IMG/VR virus record: IMGVR_UViG_3300028886_000084
Span: 7,715-71,714 of that record
Reading direction: 5' to 3' (one strand)
DNA length: 64,000 nt
Source: a virus
Lineage: Duplodnaviria; Caudoviricetes
A model generated the notes under the pieces. It was not told where the DNA came from. It saw only the letters and a program-made list of their open reading frames with translations, and searched no databases. The first letter of the stretch is position 1, and each line of letters starts with the position of its first letter. Positions 44,409-54,283 of this stretch are shown here, piece after piece. A program made the translations under genes and the position numbers.

Positions 44409-47039
44409 ATGCCTGAGCCCACCTCTTTTAAAAAGACCGGAGATACAGCATCACCCGGGATGCAGGAAACAATCAGAGATGCACGTGCCGATCCGACATT
44501 GTCACAGGCAGATAGAGCAGCGATTTCAATTGATGCAGCACACAATATCAGGAGAAGGGTAGTGAACCAAGGGGTAAGAGGAGCCAGGAGGGACCATGGA
44601 TATACGCAAAGTACTGCGAACGGTCTGACCGCAGGCATAGACCCATCAACAACACATACGCCGGTGGACATGTCCAATTTCGGTCCAGCGGCCGGTGTTC
44701 CCAAACTTACTACCGTTGCAGAGGATACCCAGTCAAACAGTGTGCCTGAACCGATGGCGGCACGGGCACCTTCTGCGTCAAATACCGGAATCAAAGCGCC
44801 AAAATTATCTAAGGTCGGAGAGATCGGTAATGCTGCACTTGGTGCGCTTTCAGGTATTACAGGGTTTGCGGCTAAAATGGGGGATGTGAGCAGAAAGCTT
44901 ATTCAGGGGGTGTTGAATCCATCACCATTGGGCACCACGGAGATGAATACTGCTCTTAATACCATGCAAGGGGCCGCAGGTGCAACTCAGGATGCGGTGG
45001 CCGGGCTTCAAAAACAATATGAAGCTGATAAAAAGGCCCTTGCTAAGAATAAAGAATTTGAGCAGTTCCAGGATCTTGAGAAGATTCGCGGGAAATATGT
45101 AGATAAGTTGAATGCAGCATCGATGGATTCAGATTGGGGGGATATTGCTACAGAATACGAAGCAGAAGTAAGGCAATATCTCAAGGACCAGGGACTCGAT
45201 CCTGTTAAAATGGATAAGAACGGCATTCTGGCAAAACAGATAAACAGGACTGCACGTGAAATGGCCAACATCGGGCAGAGGAAGAAATCTCAGAACAACA
45301 TCGTCAATACACAGGCTGTATTGGATGCTCAAAGGATCGATATGGATGCCCGCAGAGATACCGCTGCCGCCAGACAGCAGCGTAAGGACATTAAAAATGA
45401 AAATCTCTATAGGATCGATAATATATTGAAGACTGGAGCGGACGCCAAAGGGAATGCCTTATCAGATGAGGATAAGGCCATATTCAACATGATGATCGAA
45501 AACGGCATGGACGATGCAGCAGGTAATTTTGAAGTAGGTGCACGTTTTGATTTCAACACCAACAAGAAATTGACAGATCTGTTGTTGAAAAAGGCTGTTG
45601 AGACGACCGATCCGAACGAGAAGAAACTCTGGCAGGACCGCTACTACAAATTCCAGAATGCAGTCAACGATGATTATGCGCAGATGGATGAATACAAATA
45701 CCATGTCAGGGACGCATATATCAGTGACCCCAATATCTCCTTGGTCGACAAGGTCAAACACATGAACCTGAAGAAAGACAGAGGGTATGAGCTTCAGGAC
45801 ATAGACACCATCAACAAGGTCGGATTCGTACCGAATAAGAACCTCATCAAAGATGCGAGATTCGTTTTGGACAGGACAGAACAGGGCATAATGAGTCAGA
45901 GGGCAAAGATCAACGCGAACACAGCTCTTTCCCCTGCAGAACGTCAAAAACAGTTACAGGTCTTGGATCAGCAGCAGGCACAGCTTAACTACGACAGAGC
46001 AAAACTTACACCGGCATTCATGCTCGCAGATGTTCACGCGAATGTCTTTGAGAAATTGGAGCGCACAATTCCCGGCAAGAAATACCAGATGGTGCCTCAA
46101 TACATCAGAGGTGCTGACGGGCAGGATATGACCGGTGCACAGTGGTTCGATGCAGTCAGACGCAAGAGCAACATCGTTGTGCCCACATCCGAGAATGCAA
46201 AGGCAGCATTGTACAGTGAGATCTATAATGAGATCGCCATATCCAATCAAAAGCTCAACCAGGCATGGGCAGATTATCAGAACGACCTAAAGACCAACCC
46301 CAATGCTAAATTCGAAGGGTTGGAGACCAAGATATTCGACGCGAATGGTGACCCGGTCCTGCGTGCGGACGGCGAACAGGCTACGATCGCCAGTGAGATG
46401 CAGGACAAAGTCGCCAAGGCCTTGTCAGACTATGATACGAGTCTGAATCTTCTGCACATTTCCGGAACGGTCCCTCCTGCAAATCTCAAGGAGGTCGCGA
46501 TGGCTGTCGGATTGACCGCAACTCAGATCAGGAATCTGAATCTTGGCTCCATCAACGGGACCGGCGGGCAGCCACCCGCGGGCCCGACCAGCGGACAGGG
46601 GCAGCCGTTACCGCAGTACTCCTTCTTCGACCCGAAGAAGATCGTGATCGTCGGCTCGAACGGAAAGAACATCCGTCCGATCATAGGCGGGATCATGTCA
46701 AAGAACGGGAGGGCGTTCTTTGATGCGTTGGCAACAAACAATGTGCTGTCAGATTCGGACAAGGCCAAGGTAGCTGTTACAAAATATGTATCAGAGGTTC
46801 AAAAGTCTCCCGTATTCCAAAAGGCCGTGGCAAGCTTGCGTAACCCCAAGGCGTATATGGCATCAGTCGAAAAAGCGATCAAAGAGGCCATGGGCCCCAA
46901 CCCGACACAAGGAGCAAAGGACGCAGTTCTTTCGTTCTACAATTTAGTCAACAGCTATAACCGCAAACACGGCAATACCATAGTGATTGACCCGCAGCTT
47001 GCATCGGTCATGCCTAGAGCATTGAAGAGAATCAAATGA
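44409..47039 (+). CDS. large helical protein (876 aa), candidate internal/ejected virion protein
   Basis: Own TATA box; Q/K/A-rich coiled coil; no recognisable domain. Confidence 0.6.
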   Translation: MPEPTSFKKTGDTASPGMQETIRDARADPTLSQADRAAISIDAAHNIRRRVVNQGVRGARRDHGYTQSTANGLTAGIDPSTTHTPVDMSNFGPAAGVPKLTTVAEDTQSNSVPEPMAARAPSASNTGIKAPKLSKVGEIGNAALGALSGITGFAAKMGDVSRKLIQGVLNPSPLGTTEMNTALNTMQGAAGATQDAVAGLQKQYEADKKALAKNKEFEQFQDLEKIRGKYVDKLNAASMDSDWGDIATEYEAEVRQYLKDQGLDPVKMDKNGILAKQINRTAREMANIGQRKKSQNNIVNTQAVLDAQRIDMDARRDTAAARQQRKDIKNENLYRIDNILKTGADAKGNALSDEDKAIFNMMIENGMDDAAGNFEVGARFDFNTNKKLTDLLLKKAVETTDPNEKKLWQDRYYKFQNAVNDDYAQMDEYKYHVRDAYISDPNISLVDKVKHMNLKKDRGYELQDIDTINKVGFVPNKNLIKDARFVLDRTEQGIMSQRAKINANTALSPAERQKQLQVLDQQQAQLNYDRAKLTPAFMLADVHANVFEKLERTIPGKKYQMVPQYIRGADGQDMTGAQWFDAVRRKSNIVVPTSENAKAALYSEIYNEIAISNQKLNQAWADYQNDLKTNPNAKFEGLETKIFDANGDPVLRADGEQATIASEMQDKVAKALSDYDTSLNLLHISGTVPPANLKEVAMAVGLTATQIRNLNLGSINGTGGQPPAGPTSGQGQPLPQYSFFDPKKIVIVGSNGKNIRPIIGGIMSKNGRAFFDALATNNVLSDSDKAKVAVTKYVSEVQKSPVFQKAVASLRNPKAYMASVEKAIKEAMGPNPTQGAKDAVLSFYNLVNSYNRKHGNTIVIDPQLASVMPRALKRIK

Positions 47040-47092
47040 TGTTGTGTCATTTTCCGCAATCGGTTAAATAGTCCGCATACGATATATCACGC

Positions 47093-50000
47093 ATGGCCAA
47101 TTATACTGCAAGTGATATCACCACCGATGAGCAGGCAGCACTCGATCAGGTAAAGGAAGAGACCGAGGCAGCCGTCAAATACGACATAGCGGCGAAGAAC
47201 GCCAAGGACGAGGACACCAAGAAGGCGATGCTGGATAACAAATACGACGAGATCGAGCATGCAGGCCTTATGGGTGCAGTCGCGGCAGAGAAGGAGCCGA
47301 AGGATAAGAAAAGGATGACGGACGGCGTCAAGGAGCTCGAAGAGATCAAATCCGAGAGTACCGAGGCCGTCGGAGAGTCAGATTTCAGCAAATCCATCTC
47401 ACAGTGTATCAAAGAAAGAAGAAAATCACGTAAAAGCTCTATGGGTGCGGATTTTTCAGCTTTTGCAGATAAAACGGAAAAATTCGAAAGAAAGTTCAAA
47501 TCCGATGCACCGGGAAAAGAGCCAGTAACAGACCTCACAAGGATCCACCAGGGGTCTGCACCGAAAGCCCCTGTAGAGAACGTGTCAAAAAGACCCGAGG
47601 GTCTCCTTACGCCTGAATGGAGAAGACTTTCATACAACCCCCTTGGTTTCCTCATGCGTCTCGCGCTTGGAGCAAAACCCTATTCCCCTTCGGCAGTAAG
47701 TGCAGAGGATGAGGATCTTTTCGAGAATCAGAAATATATCAATCCGGACGAGCGCGAGGATGTTTCCGAAAAGAAGGATGAGGAAGAGAGAGTACGTGAT
47801 GCGAAAACCCCTGAGGATCTTCCGGAGGGGAAAGGAGCTGAGGTGAAGGCCCCCAGAACATTCAATTTCATGCCCAGTCCAGATCTGCTTCTCCGTCTTC
47901 TTGCAAATGAGTATGCAAAAGGAGAGGTTCCCGTCGCGGTCAAGGGGGATAAAGAGGGCAATAAAGCTGTGAAGGACTGGCGTTCCAAGCTCGGGTCTGC
48001 GCTGATGGATATCATAAGGGAAGTCCCAGATGATGAGTTCGAGGGCAGACTGCTCGGAGCTCAGAAATGGGCGGCACCGTATATGAACGCATACTCCATG
48101 GGAGATACCAAGACAAGGAGCGGAGAGTCGTATGATTGGGGCAGCCCTGCATTCAGCACATACGGGATGGACCCCAGGACGCTCGGTTCCAGATTCAATG
48201 ATGCCGTGAAGATGCTGGTCACCATCGATAAGCTGAAAGCGATGGCACCCGAAGGCCCGTTCAGCAATGCGTTGGACTACCTTAAGAGTGATTGGAAGAA
48301 ATACCTGAGAAAGATCTCCGGTGCACTCGGATGGGACATGGCCGCCAGGAACGAGAAGACCGACGATTACGACATGAGAGCACATGCCATAGATGACGGT
48401 GTCATCGATGAATTTGCCAAGCTGTTCGGCGATGAGAGGGCGATCATGTTGGAGAACGGTGGTCTTTCCGCAGGAGACCTCACAGTACAGGAGAGGAATT
48501 ATCTTGAACCGCTTATGAGGAAGAGACTCGGGAACAACGGTAACAACGAGTTCTGGACGAATCATGCGGATGGGTTCGATTTCGACGATATGATGTCGTA
48601 TTATAACTACGCCAGAGGTAAAGGGTACGAGGATTATGCCGCACCGACGGGCGACGACCGTATCGCGGAAGCACTCAAGGGAACTAAATTCAGTGACGAC
48701 GAGAATGTCAAGAAAACGCTTCTCAGCGCTATCGCAGAGAAAGACCCGGCGAAAGGGGAGGCAGTGATCAAAGCATTTGTCGATAACCTTAAGGGACCGG
48801 ATAGAATCCTTATGAAAAATCCGTTGATGAGGGCATACAAATCACTCATCGATGCGGGAAACGATAACAAAGTAGTGAATTACGGCGGTCCGAAGTACCA
48901 ATATGAGTATAACGAAGGGCCCATGAGGGAGCGCAATAAGAACAGTGCAGCATCTATCATCGACTATGCTCAGGTGAACGACATCAAGATTCCCGACCCG
49001 ATCCTGAAAAGACTTGAATTTACAAGGGAGACAGGCAACACCAAGGATCCCGATGATGAGTTCGCAGATTCCATATTCGACGATCCGTTCGTATCTTCCC
49101 TCAATAAAGAGCTTCTTTCCAACACATCGAACAAACCGGTCAGATATGCAGATGCGGATCTTGACGCATTGAAAAATAAAATGGAAAAAGAAGCGAGAAC
49201 AGCGATCGAGAACGCAGATGTACAGGACAATTCAGATTATACACCGTTAAAATCTGAAGACGTCATTTCAAAATATCAGGATTTCTACGATGCTGCAGGA
49301 AAAGACCGCAGTCTCATCGAAAGGATCTCAAAGAATCTCACTGGCAGTGATAAACTCGTAGACGATGCCAAGAGGAAACTTTCCAAGATTGCCGACGGAT
49401 TCTATAATGGTCTTCCTGCGTTCATGAATTCCGATATTGGAAGAAAAGCGATCATCGACACATATCGTGAGATGGCACGTAACGGAGAGGTAGAGCTCAA
49501 AGAGGATTTCGACGAGACGATGCCCCTCGACCAAGGCGTCAACAGACAGATCATCAACGATCTGATGTCCCAGGGACAGTTCTTCAACATGAGAGGACAG
49601 GGAGAAGAAAGTCTTATGAGATTCCTTGGGGACGACAACGTTGTGGAAAGTGAAACAGAAGAGACGTATGATGACGAGACGCCCAGGGGAATCACAGCAG
49701 AAAAACTTCTTGGGCAGGGGAGAGAATCTCCTAAAGTGCTCACCCCAGAGATGCTTGCCAACACAGGTATCGACGTAGATGAAGTGAACAGGATAATCAA
49801 TGATTATTATGATACAGAAGATTATCTCAAAGACGATCAGTATGCAGAATATGCAGAAGACCTGAAACAGGAAAGACAGAATCTGTATAATGACCTTCTC
49901 GGGATGACCGGGGAATTAGATAAGACTTCGATGTCCGACATCATCAATGCGATCAACACCGCAGAAAATAAAGGCGGCAGCGACGAACTCAAAGGAAAGA

Positions 50001-50893
50001 ACGCGAAGATCACAGGCGCAGAGAAGTTCAATGCACGTAAATCAAAGATCGCACAGGACATCCTGCAGAACGTGCCCCTGAGTGTTCTTTCGCATAATGT
50101 GCCGGCAGCATACAATCAGAAATATATCGACAAAGCCAAAGAAAAAGCCGATTTCGACCCCAAGTCTGGAAAGATGTCCATCTTTGACCGTATGATGAGG
50201 GTCTACGGCGGTCGTGATGAGTATGGCATGCCAGTCTGGAAGGCCCCAAATGCAGGTGATTTGGACACCATCGAGCAAAATGTCGCAAAATTCATCGAAC
50301 AGATCGGAACCATCCCTGAAAGGGTCGAGGTACCTGTCGCCAAACCCGGACCTGGTGCATCGGTCGATCAAATGAATGATTATGTGAAGAATGTCGGCAT
50401 TTCCGGGTCCGAGAGTAATGCATATCTCGATTCCGCATACCCGATATTGAATGATGTGTTCTTCAATGGGCTGGACATAGATAATTACATTTCCACCATG
50501 GATTCCGAAAACCCCGACCTTTCCCATGTCGGTGATGCGGACAAGTTCTTCGAGATGTTCAGCGGCCAGAAGGCCGCCGCGGACAAGAAAAAGGAGAAAC
50601 CGCAGTCAGAGATCGTTGAAGACCGTGGTCCCAAAGAGCCGCTCGAGAAAGAAGAGGAGAAGATCTCTGTGCCTATCAAGGCATCAGCGACCGAGTCCAA
50701 ATGCTCTCGTGTCAGACGCAGGACCGATGCCGACCCTGCACCGACCGATGTCGGCGGTCTGACCATGAAGGATCTTACGGAACCCACGATCAGAGATGAT
50801 GCCAACGGTTCAGAAGTCAAGCACATGGGTGACTCTGTGATCAAAAAGAGTACCTCAGAACTCATAAGGGAGAGGTTCAATAGGAGGAAGTGA
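47093..50893 (+). CDS. giant acidic protein (1266 aa), candidate internal virion protein
   Basis: TTAAATA at 47064; shared helix motif at both ends. Confidence 0.6.
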   Translation: MANYTASDITTDEQAALDQVKEETEAAVKYDIAAKNAKDEDTKKAMLDNKYDEIEHAGLMGAVAAEKEPKDKKRMTDGVKELEEIKSESTEAVGESDFSKSISQCIKERRKSRKSSMGADFSAFADKTEKFERKFKSDAPGKEPVTDLTRIHQGSAPKAPVENVSKRPEGLLTPEWRRLSYNPLGFLMRLALGAKPYSPSAVSAEDEDLFENQKYINPDEREDVSEKKDEEERVRDAKTPEDLPEGKGAEVKAPRTFNFMPSPDLLLRLLANEYAKGEVPVAVKGDKEGNKAVKDWRSKLGSALMDIIREVPDDEFEGRLLGAQKWAAPYMNAYSMGDTKTRSGESYDWGSPAFSTYGMDPRTLGSRFNDAVKMLVTIDKLKAMAPEGPFSNALDYLKSDWKKYLRKISGALGWDMAARNEKTDDYDMRAHAIDDGVIDEFAKLFGDERAIMLENGGLSAGDLTVQERNYLEPLMRKRLGNNGNNEFWTNHADGFDFDDMMSYYNYARGKGYEDYAAPTGDDRIAEALKGTKFSDDENVKKTLLSAIAEKDPAKGEAVIKAFVDNLKGPDRILMKNPLMRAYKSLIDAGNDNKVVNYGGPKYQYEYNEGPMRERNKNSAASIIDYAQVNDIKIPDPILKRLEFTRETGNTKDPDDEFADSIFDDPFVSSLNKELLSNTSNKPVRYADADLDALKNKMEKEARTAIENADVQDNSDYTPLKSEDVISKYQDFYDAAGKDRSLIERISKNLTGSDKLVDDAKRKLSKIADGFYNGLPAFMNSDIGRKAIIDTYREMARNGEVELKEDFDETMPLDQGVNRQIINDLMSQGQFFNMRGQGEESLMRFLGDDNVVESETEETYDDETPRGITAEKLLGQGRESPKVLTPEMLANTGIDVDEVNRIINDYYDTEDYLKDDQYAEYAEDLKQERQNLYNDLLGMTGELDKTSMSDIINAINTAENKGGSDELKGKNAKITGAEKFNARKSKIAQDILQNVPLSVLSHNVPAAYNQKYIDKAKEKADFDPKSGKMSIFDRMMRVYGGRDEYGMPVWKAPNAGDLDTIEQNVAKFIEQIGTIPERVEVPVAKPGPGASVDQMNDYVKNVGISGSESNAYLDSAYPILNDVFFNGLDIDNYISTMDSENPDLSHVGDADKFFEMFSGQKAAADKKKEKPQSEIVEDRGPKEPLEKEEEKISVPIKASATESKCSRVRRRTDADPAPTDVGGLTMKDLTEPTIRDDANGSEVKHMGDSVIKKSTSELIRERFNRRK

Positions 50894-50894
50894 A

Positions 50895-51374
50895 GTGGAT
50901 AAGGAAATTATGCAAATGATGTCCGAACCACCTACGGATGAAGAGATCGAAAATATGTATCAGCAGTATCTGAAGGAGGAGGCCGCAAAGCGCGGTATCA
51001 CTCCCGAAGAACTCGAGAAACAATTGGAGTCACAAACATCGATAAAGGAGAGTCATCCTATGACAAGAAGAGAAGAACTTGAGACAAAAGGTGTATCTCA
51101 GCTCATGGCTGAGAGGTTTGCAAAGGGCGTACCGACAGGTGCATATAGTAAACCTGTACCTGTTAGAAAGAAATCAGATTTGAAGAAAGAAGCGGCAATT
51201 GCAAAATTGCAAGATTTGATTGGAAAATGTTCCCGGTCACAAGGGGTCGATAGTCAAACAGCGGAGATAATGTTGTTTGGCGAACCCGTAAATTGGGAAG
51301 AACCAGAATTATATTCAAGTGTCTATGATGAACCCTCATCTGATGTACAAGCAGACACTACGGAGACTACATAA
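50895..51374 (+). CDS. hypothetical protein with shared helix motif
   Basis: GVSQLMAERF; in-frame paralogous repeat continues after the TAA. Confidence 0.65.
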   Translation: MDKEIMQMMSEPPTDEEIENMYQQYLKEEAAKRGITPEELEKQLESQTSIKESHPMTRREELETKGVSQLMAERFAKGVPTGAYSKPVPVRKKSDLKKEAAIAKLQDLIGKCSRSQGVDSQTAEIMLFGEPVNWEEPELYSSVYDEPSSDVQADTTETT

Positions 51375-51480
51375 AGGGGTGTGCCGAGAGGCGCATATTC
51401 AAACAATTCTTCTGAAAAGAAAGAATCAGGGGATTAAAATTCCCTAAACCCCTTATATCTTAAACCCCTTACCTTTTTCT

Positions 51481-51969
51481 ATGGTCAGAAGAGTGACAGA
51501 GGCCTTCGAGCAAGAGCTCGAGAAAAATATGCTGAAGAACATCAAGACGTACGCCCGTACCAGCGGCAATCCTCAGATCTTTGCCAGACGTGTGGATTAC
51601 GAAGTGGTCAACAAGGCGCGTAACGGTCAGTATTTCCGTGAGTGCGAAGCAAGACGGAGAATGCGCAACTGGGATGTCGAGATGGAAGACTATGAGAACA
51701 TGCGTGACAAGATGGAAGGTCTGAACCCCTATCTCGAGGTCGGCTATGACAGTTTTGCCAAGAAATACTTCGATTTCTTCGGCCATGGGTTCCCTACCCC
51801 CGCATGCCCCAAGGGCAGTCCGATGATGGACAACGAGTATAAGCCGTGGGTGTGTCCTCATTGTCACACCAAACACAGCGGCCCCGCATCCGGTCTCCCG
51901 ATGCGCTGCAGGTGCGGTCAATTGACCCCTATGGGCGAATATACACAGGCAAAGGCGTATAGGCGTTAA
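51481..51969 (+). CDS. zinc-finger protein
   Basis: WVCPHCH...CRCG; pyrimidine-rich duplicated TAAACCCCTTA upstream. Confidence 0.65.
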   Translation: MVRRVTEAFEQELEKNMLKNIKTYARTSGNPQIFARRVDYEVVNKARNGQYFRECEARRRMRNWDVEMEDYENMRDKMEGLNPYLEVGYDSFAKKYFDFFGHGFPTPACPKGSPMMDNEYKPWVCPHCHTKHSGPASGLPMRCRCGQLTPMGEYTQAKAYRR

Positions 51970-51994
51970 ATACTTCAACGGTGTTTAGAGATAT

Positions 51995-52405
51995 ATGTAT
52001 ACTCCCGATCCTGAACGCAAACTGAACCCCACCAAGGCCGATCAGGATAAAGCCGACAGAGCACGTCGTACCTCCGGTCTTCAAGATGTCATAAGATTGA
52101 TCATGGAATCTCCTTTGAGACAAGGCGAGATCGTCAGACTATCACAGGAGAACCCCATCCCCCTCAAGGAACTGAAGGGTGCGAATGTAGAGGCACAGGT
52201 GGCCGTGGTCCTCGCACAGGTCAAAGAGGCCGTCAGCGGCAATGTCAAATCCGCCGAATGGTTATGCAAATATGCAGGTTGGGAACCGGTCAAGGAGAGT
52301 AAGGTCTCGGTCGAGTCCGTGACATTCATCGATGATATCCCTCGCCCTGCCCTTGAACCCGTGATCACTGCCGTTGCAGAATCCGTGAAGGAAGACGATG
52401 CCTGA
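51995..52405 (+). CDS. terS: terminase small subunit
   Basis: AVSGNVKSAEWL, C-terminal TFIDDIP, immediately upstream of TerL. Confidence 0.7.
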   Translation: MYTPDPERKLNPTKADQDKADRARRTSGLQDVIRLIMESPLRQGEIVRLSQENPIPLKELKGANVEAQVAVVLAQVKEAVSGNVKSAEWLCKYAGWEPVKESKVSVESVTFIDDIPRPALEPVITAVAESVKEDDA

Positions 52406-54239
52406 ATTCCGTCTGTCAGAGATAATCTCCCCCGCATACTATCCTGCGTGGACGACTGATAAACAGAATCTGGTACTCGGAGGGTCAAAAGGATCGGGAA
52501 AATCATATTTCGTGGCCCTCAAGATCATCTACAACATCATGAGGAACCCATATCTCAACGTACTCGTGGTAAGAAAGGTCGCAGACACCATCAGGGACTC
52601 CTGTTATGCAGACCTCATCAAGATCATCAATACCTATTTCAACCCGGAGGATTGGTCCCACACATACAGTCCGCTGGAGATAAGGTACAAGAAGACCGAC
52701 CAGAAGATCCTGTTCAGGGGACTGGACAATGCCTACAAGTTAGCATCGATCACCGCAGACAACGGCGGTTATCTGGCATGGGTGTGGTTCGAAGAGGCCT
52801 TCGACATCACGGATTACAATGATATCCTGAAGATCCAGGGTTCTATCCGTGCGATCCCCCCAAAGACCGGGTTGTCGAAGACCTTCATCTATTCCTTCAA
52901 CCCGTGGGGTCCCGACCACTGGCTGAAGACCGAATATTTCGATAAACAGCGTGATGACACGCTGGCAATGATAACCACGTATCTGGACAACCCCGGGATC
53001 ACGGATGAGGACCGTCAATGGTACGAGAATCTGAAAGAGATCAACCCCCGTGCCGCCGAGGTCATCTGTTATGGTCATTGGGGCCGTGCCGAAGGTCTGA
53101 TCTACGACAACTGGGTCGAGAAGGAGTTCGATTATCAGGAGATTCTTCAGAGACCGGGTACGAAGGCCATCTATGGTCTTGACTTCGGTTACAAGACATC
53201 GTACAATGCCTTCATAGCGGCCGTTGCCGACATCCAGAAGCACGAGATGTATGTCTTTGACGAGATATACAGCAAAGGGATGACCAATCTGGACATTGCG
53301 AAGGTGATAACCCAGGCGGGATACGCCGGGGAGAGGATCGTCGCCGATTCCGCCGAACCGAAATCCATCGATGAACTCAAATCGGGGAGAGGGTTGGTGG
53401 AAGAGGTCGTGGACCGTGAGACGGGGGAGGTCAGGTATGACAAATACCGTCTGCCCAACATCATGCCTGCGGTCAAAGGTCCCGACTCTGTCAGGAACGG
53501 TATAGCCAGGTTGCAGGAATTCACGATATACATCCATCCCAAGTGCAAGAACTTCAAGTCCGAGATCCAATTGTATGCATACAAGGTGGATAAGGATGGC
53601 AAGCTCACGGGAGAGCCTGAGAAGGAGTACGACCACGCCTGTCTGGTAGGTTCGACACTGATCATGACCGAGAACGGACACATTCCGTTAAAGGATGTAA
53701 AGGTCGGTATGAAGGTGTTGTCCAGCCAGGGGTGGAAAGAGGTCACAGATTGGGCACTTACGAAGAAAGATGCGGAGATATACCGTTTGGAGACCATTGA
53801 CGGTCATTTTGTAGAGGGTACTGCGGACCATAGAGTTGTGACCACACAAGGTGTAAAAGAAATGAAGGACGTATCGTACGGTGATGAATTGATCACGGAG
53901 AAAGATACTATTCGTGTACAGCGTGTCTCAGGTCCGATACGCAGAGAGGACGTATACAACATAACGGTTGAGACTGCCCATGATTATTTCGCCAATGGGA
54001 TATTGGTGAAGAATTGCGATGCCCTCCGCTATTGTACCTCGGCATTGTATCAGATGGGACACGCAAAGGTCGTGGAGGCAAAAGGCATAGAAGCGACCAA
54101 CGTCATCACCGGTTCTCTCGCCAAGGAGGAGGCGAAGGATGAGGAAAAACCGAAGAAGAGACACAGCCGTGTGGTGTCGACACACGAGGCTCCTGACCCT
54201 GATGCGGTCACTCCCCCCTCGTTCTTCTGCTTCTACTGA
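52398..54239 (+). CDS. terL: terminase large subunit (PBSX-like) containing an intein
   Basis: GGSKGSGKS, WFEEA, SFNP, GLDFG, ADSAEPK, DH(A)-intein-CDALRY. Confidence 0.95.
   Translation: MPEFRLSEIISPAYYPAWTTDKQNLVLGGSKGSGKSYFVALKIIYNIMRNPYLNVLVVRKVADTIRDSCYADLIKIINTYFNPEDWSHTYSPLEIRYKKTDQKILFRGLDNAYKLASITADNGGYLAWVWFEEAFDITDYNDILKIQGSIRAIPPKTGLSKTFIYSFNPWGPDHWLKTEYFDKQRDDTLAMITTYLDNPGITDEDRQWYENLKEINPRAAEVICYGHWGRAEGLIYDNWVEKEFDYQEILQRPGTKAIYGLDFGYKTSYNAFIAAVADIQKHEMYVFDEIYSKGMTNLDIAKVITQAGYAGERIVADSAEPKSIDELKSGRGLVEEVVDRETGEVRYDKYRLPNIMPAVKGPDSVRNGIARLQEFTIYIHPKCKNFKSEIQLYAYKVDKDGKLTGEPEKEYDHACLVGSTLIMTENGHIPLKDVKVGMKVLSSQGWKEVTDWALTKKDAEIYRLETIDGHFVEGTADHRVVTTQGVKEMKDVSYGDELITEKDTIRVQRVSGPIRREDVYNITVETAHDYFANGILVKNCDALRYCTSALYQMGHAKVVEAKGIEATNVITGSLAKEEAKDEEKPKKRHSRVVSTHEAPDPDAVTPPSFFCFY
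53640..54014 (+). mobile_element. mini-intein (125 aa, no homing endonuclease)
   Basis: CLVGST...EGTADH...VYNITVETAHDYFANGILVKN/C splicing motifs. Confidence 0.9.
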
Positions 54240-54283
54240 CGTTAGAAATAAAATATTTAAATGTTATATACAGGTTGATAGCC

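Noticed and set aside
53640-54014. Homing endonuclease in the intein
   Set aside because: Only 125 aa and no LAGLIDADG or HNH motif.
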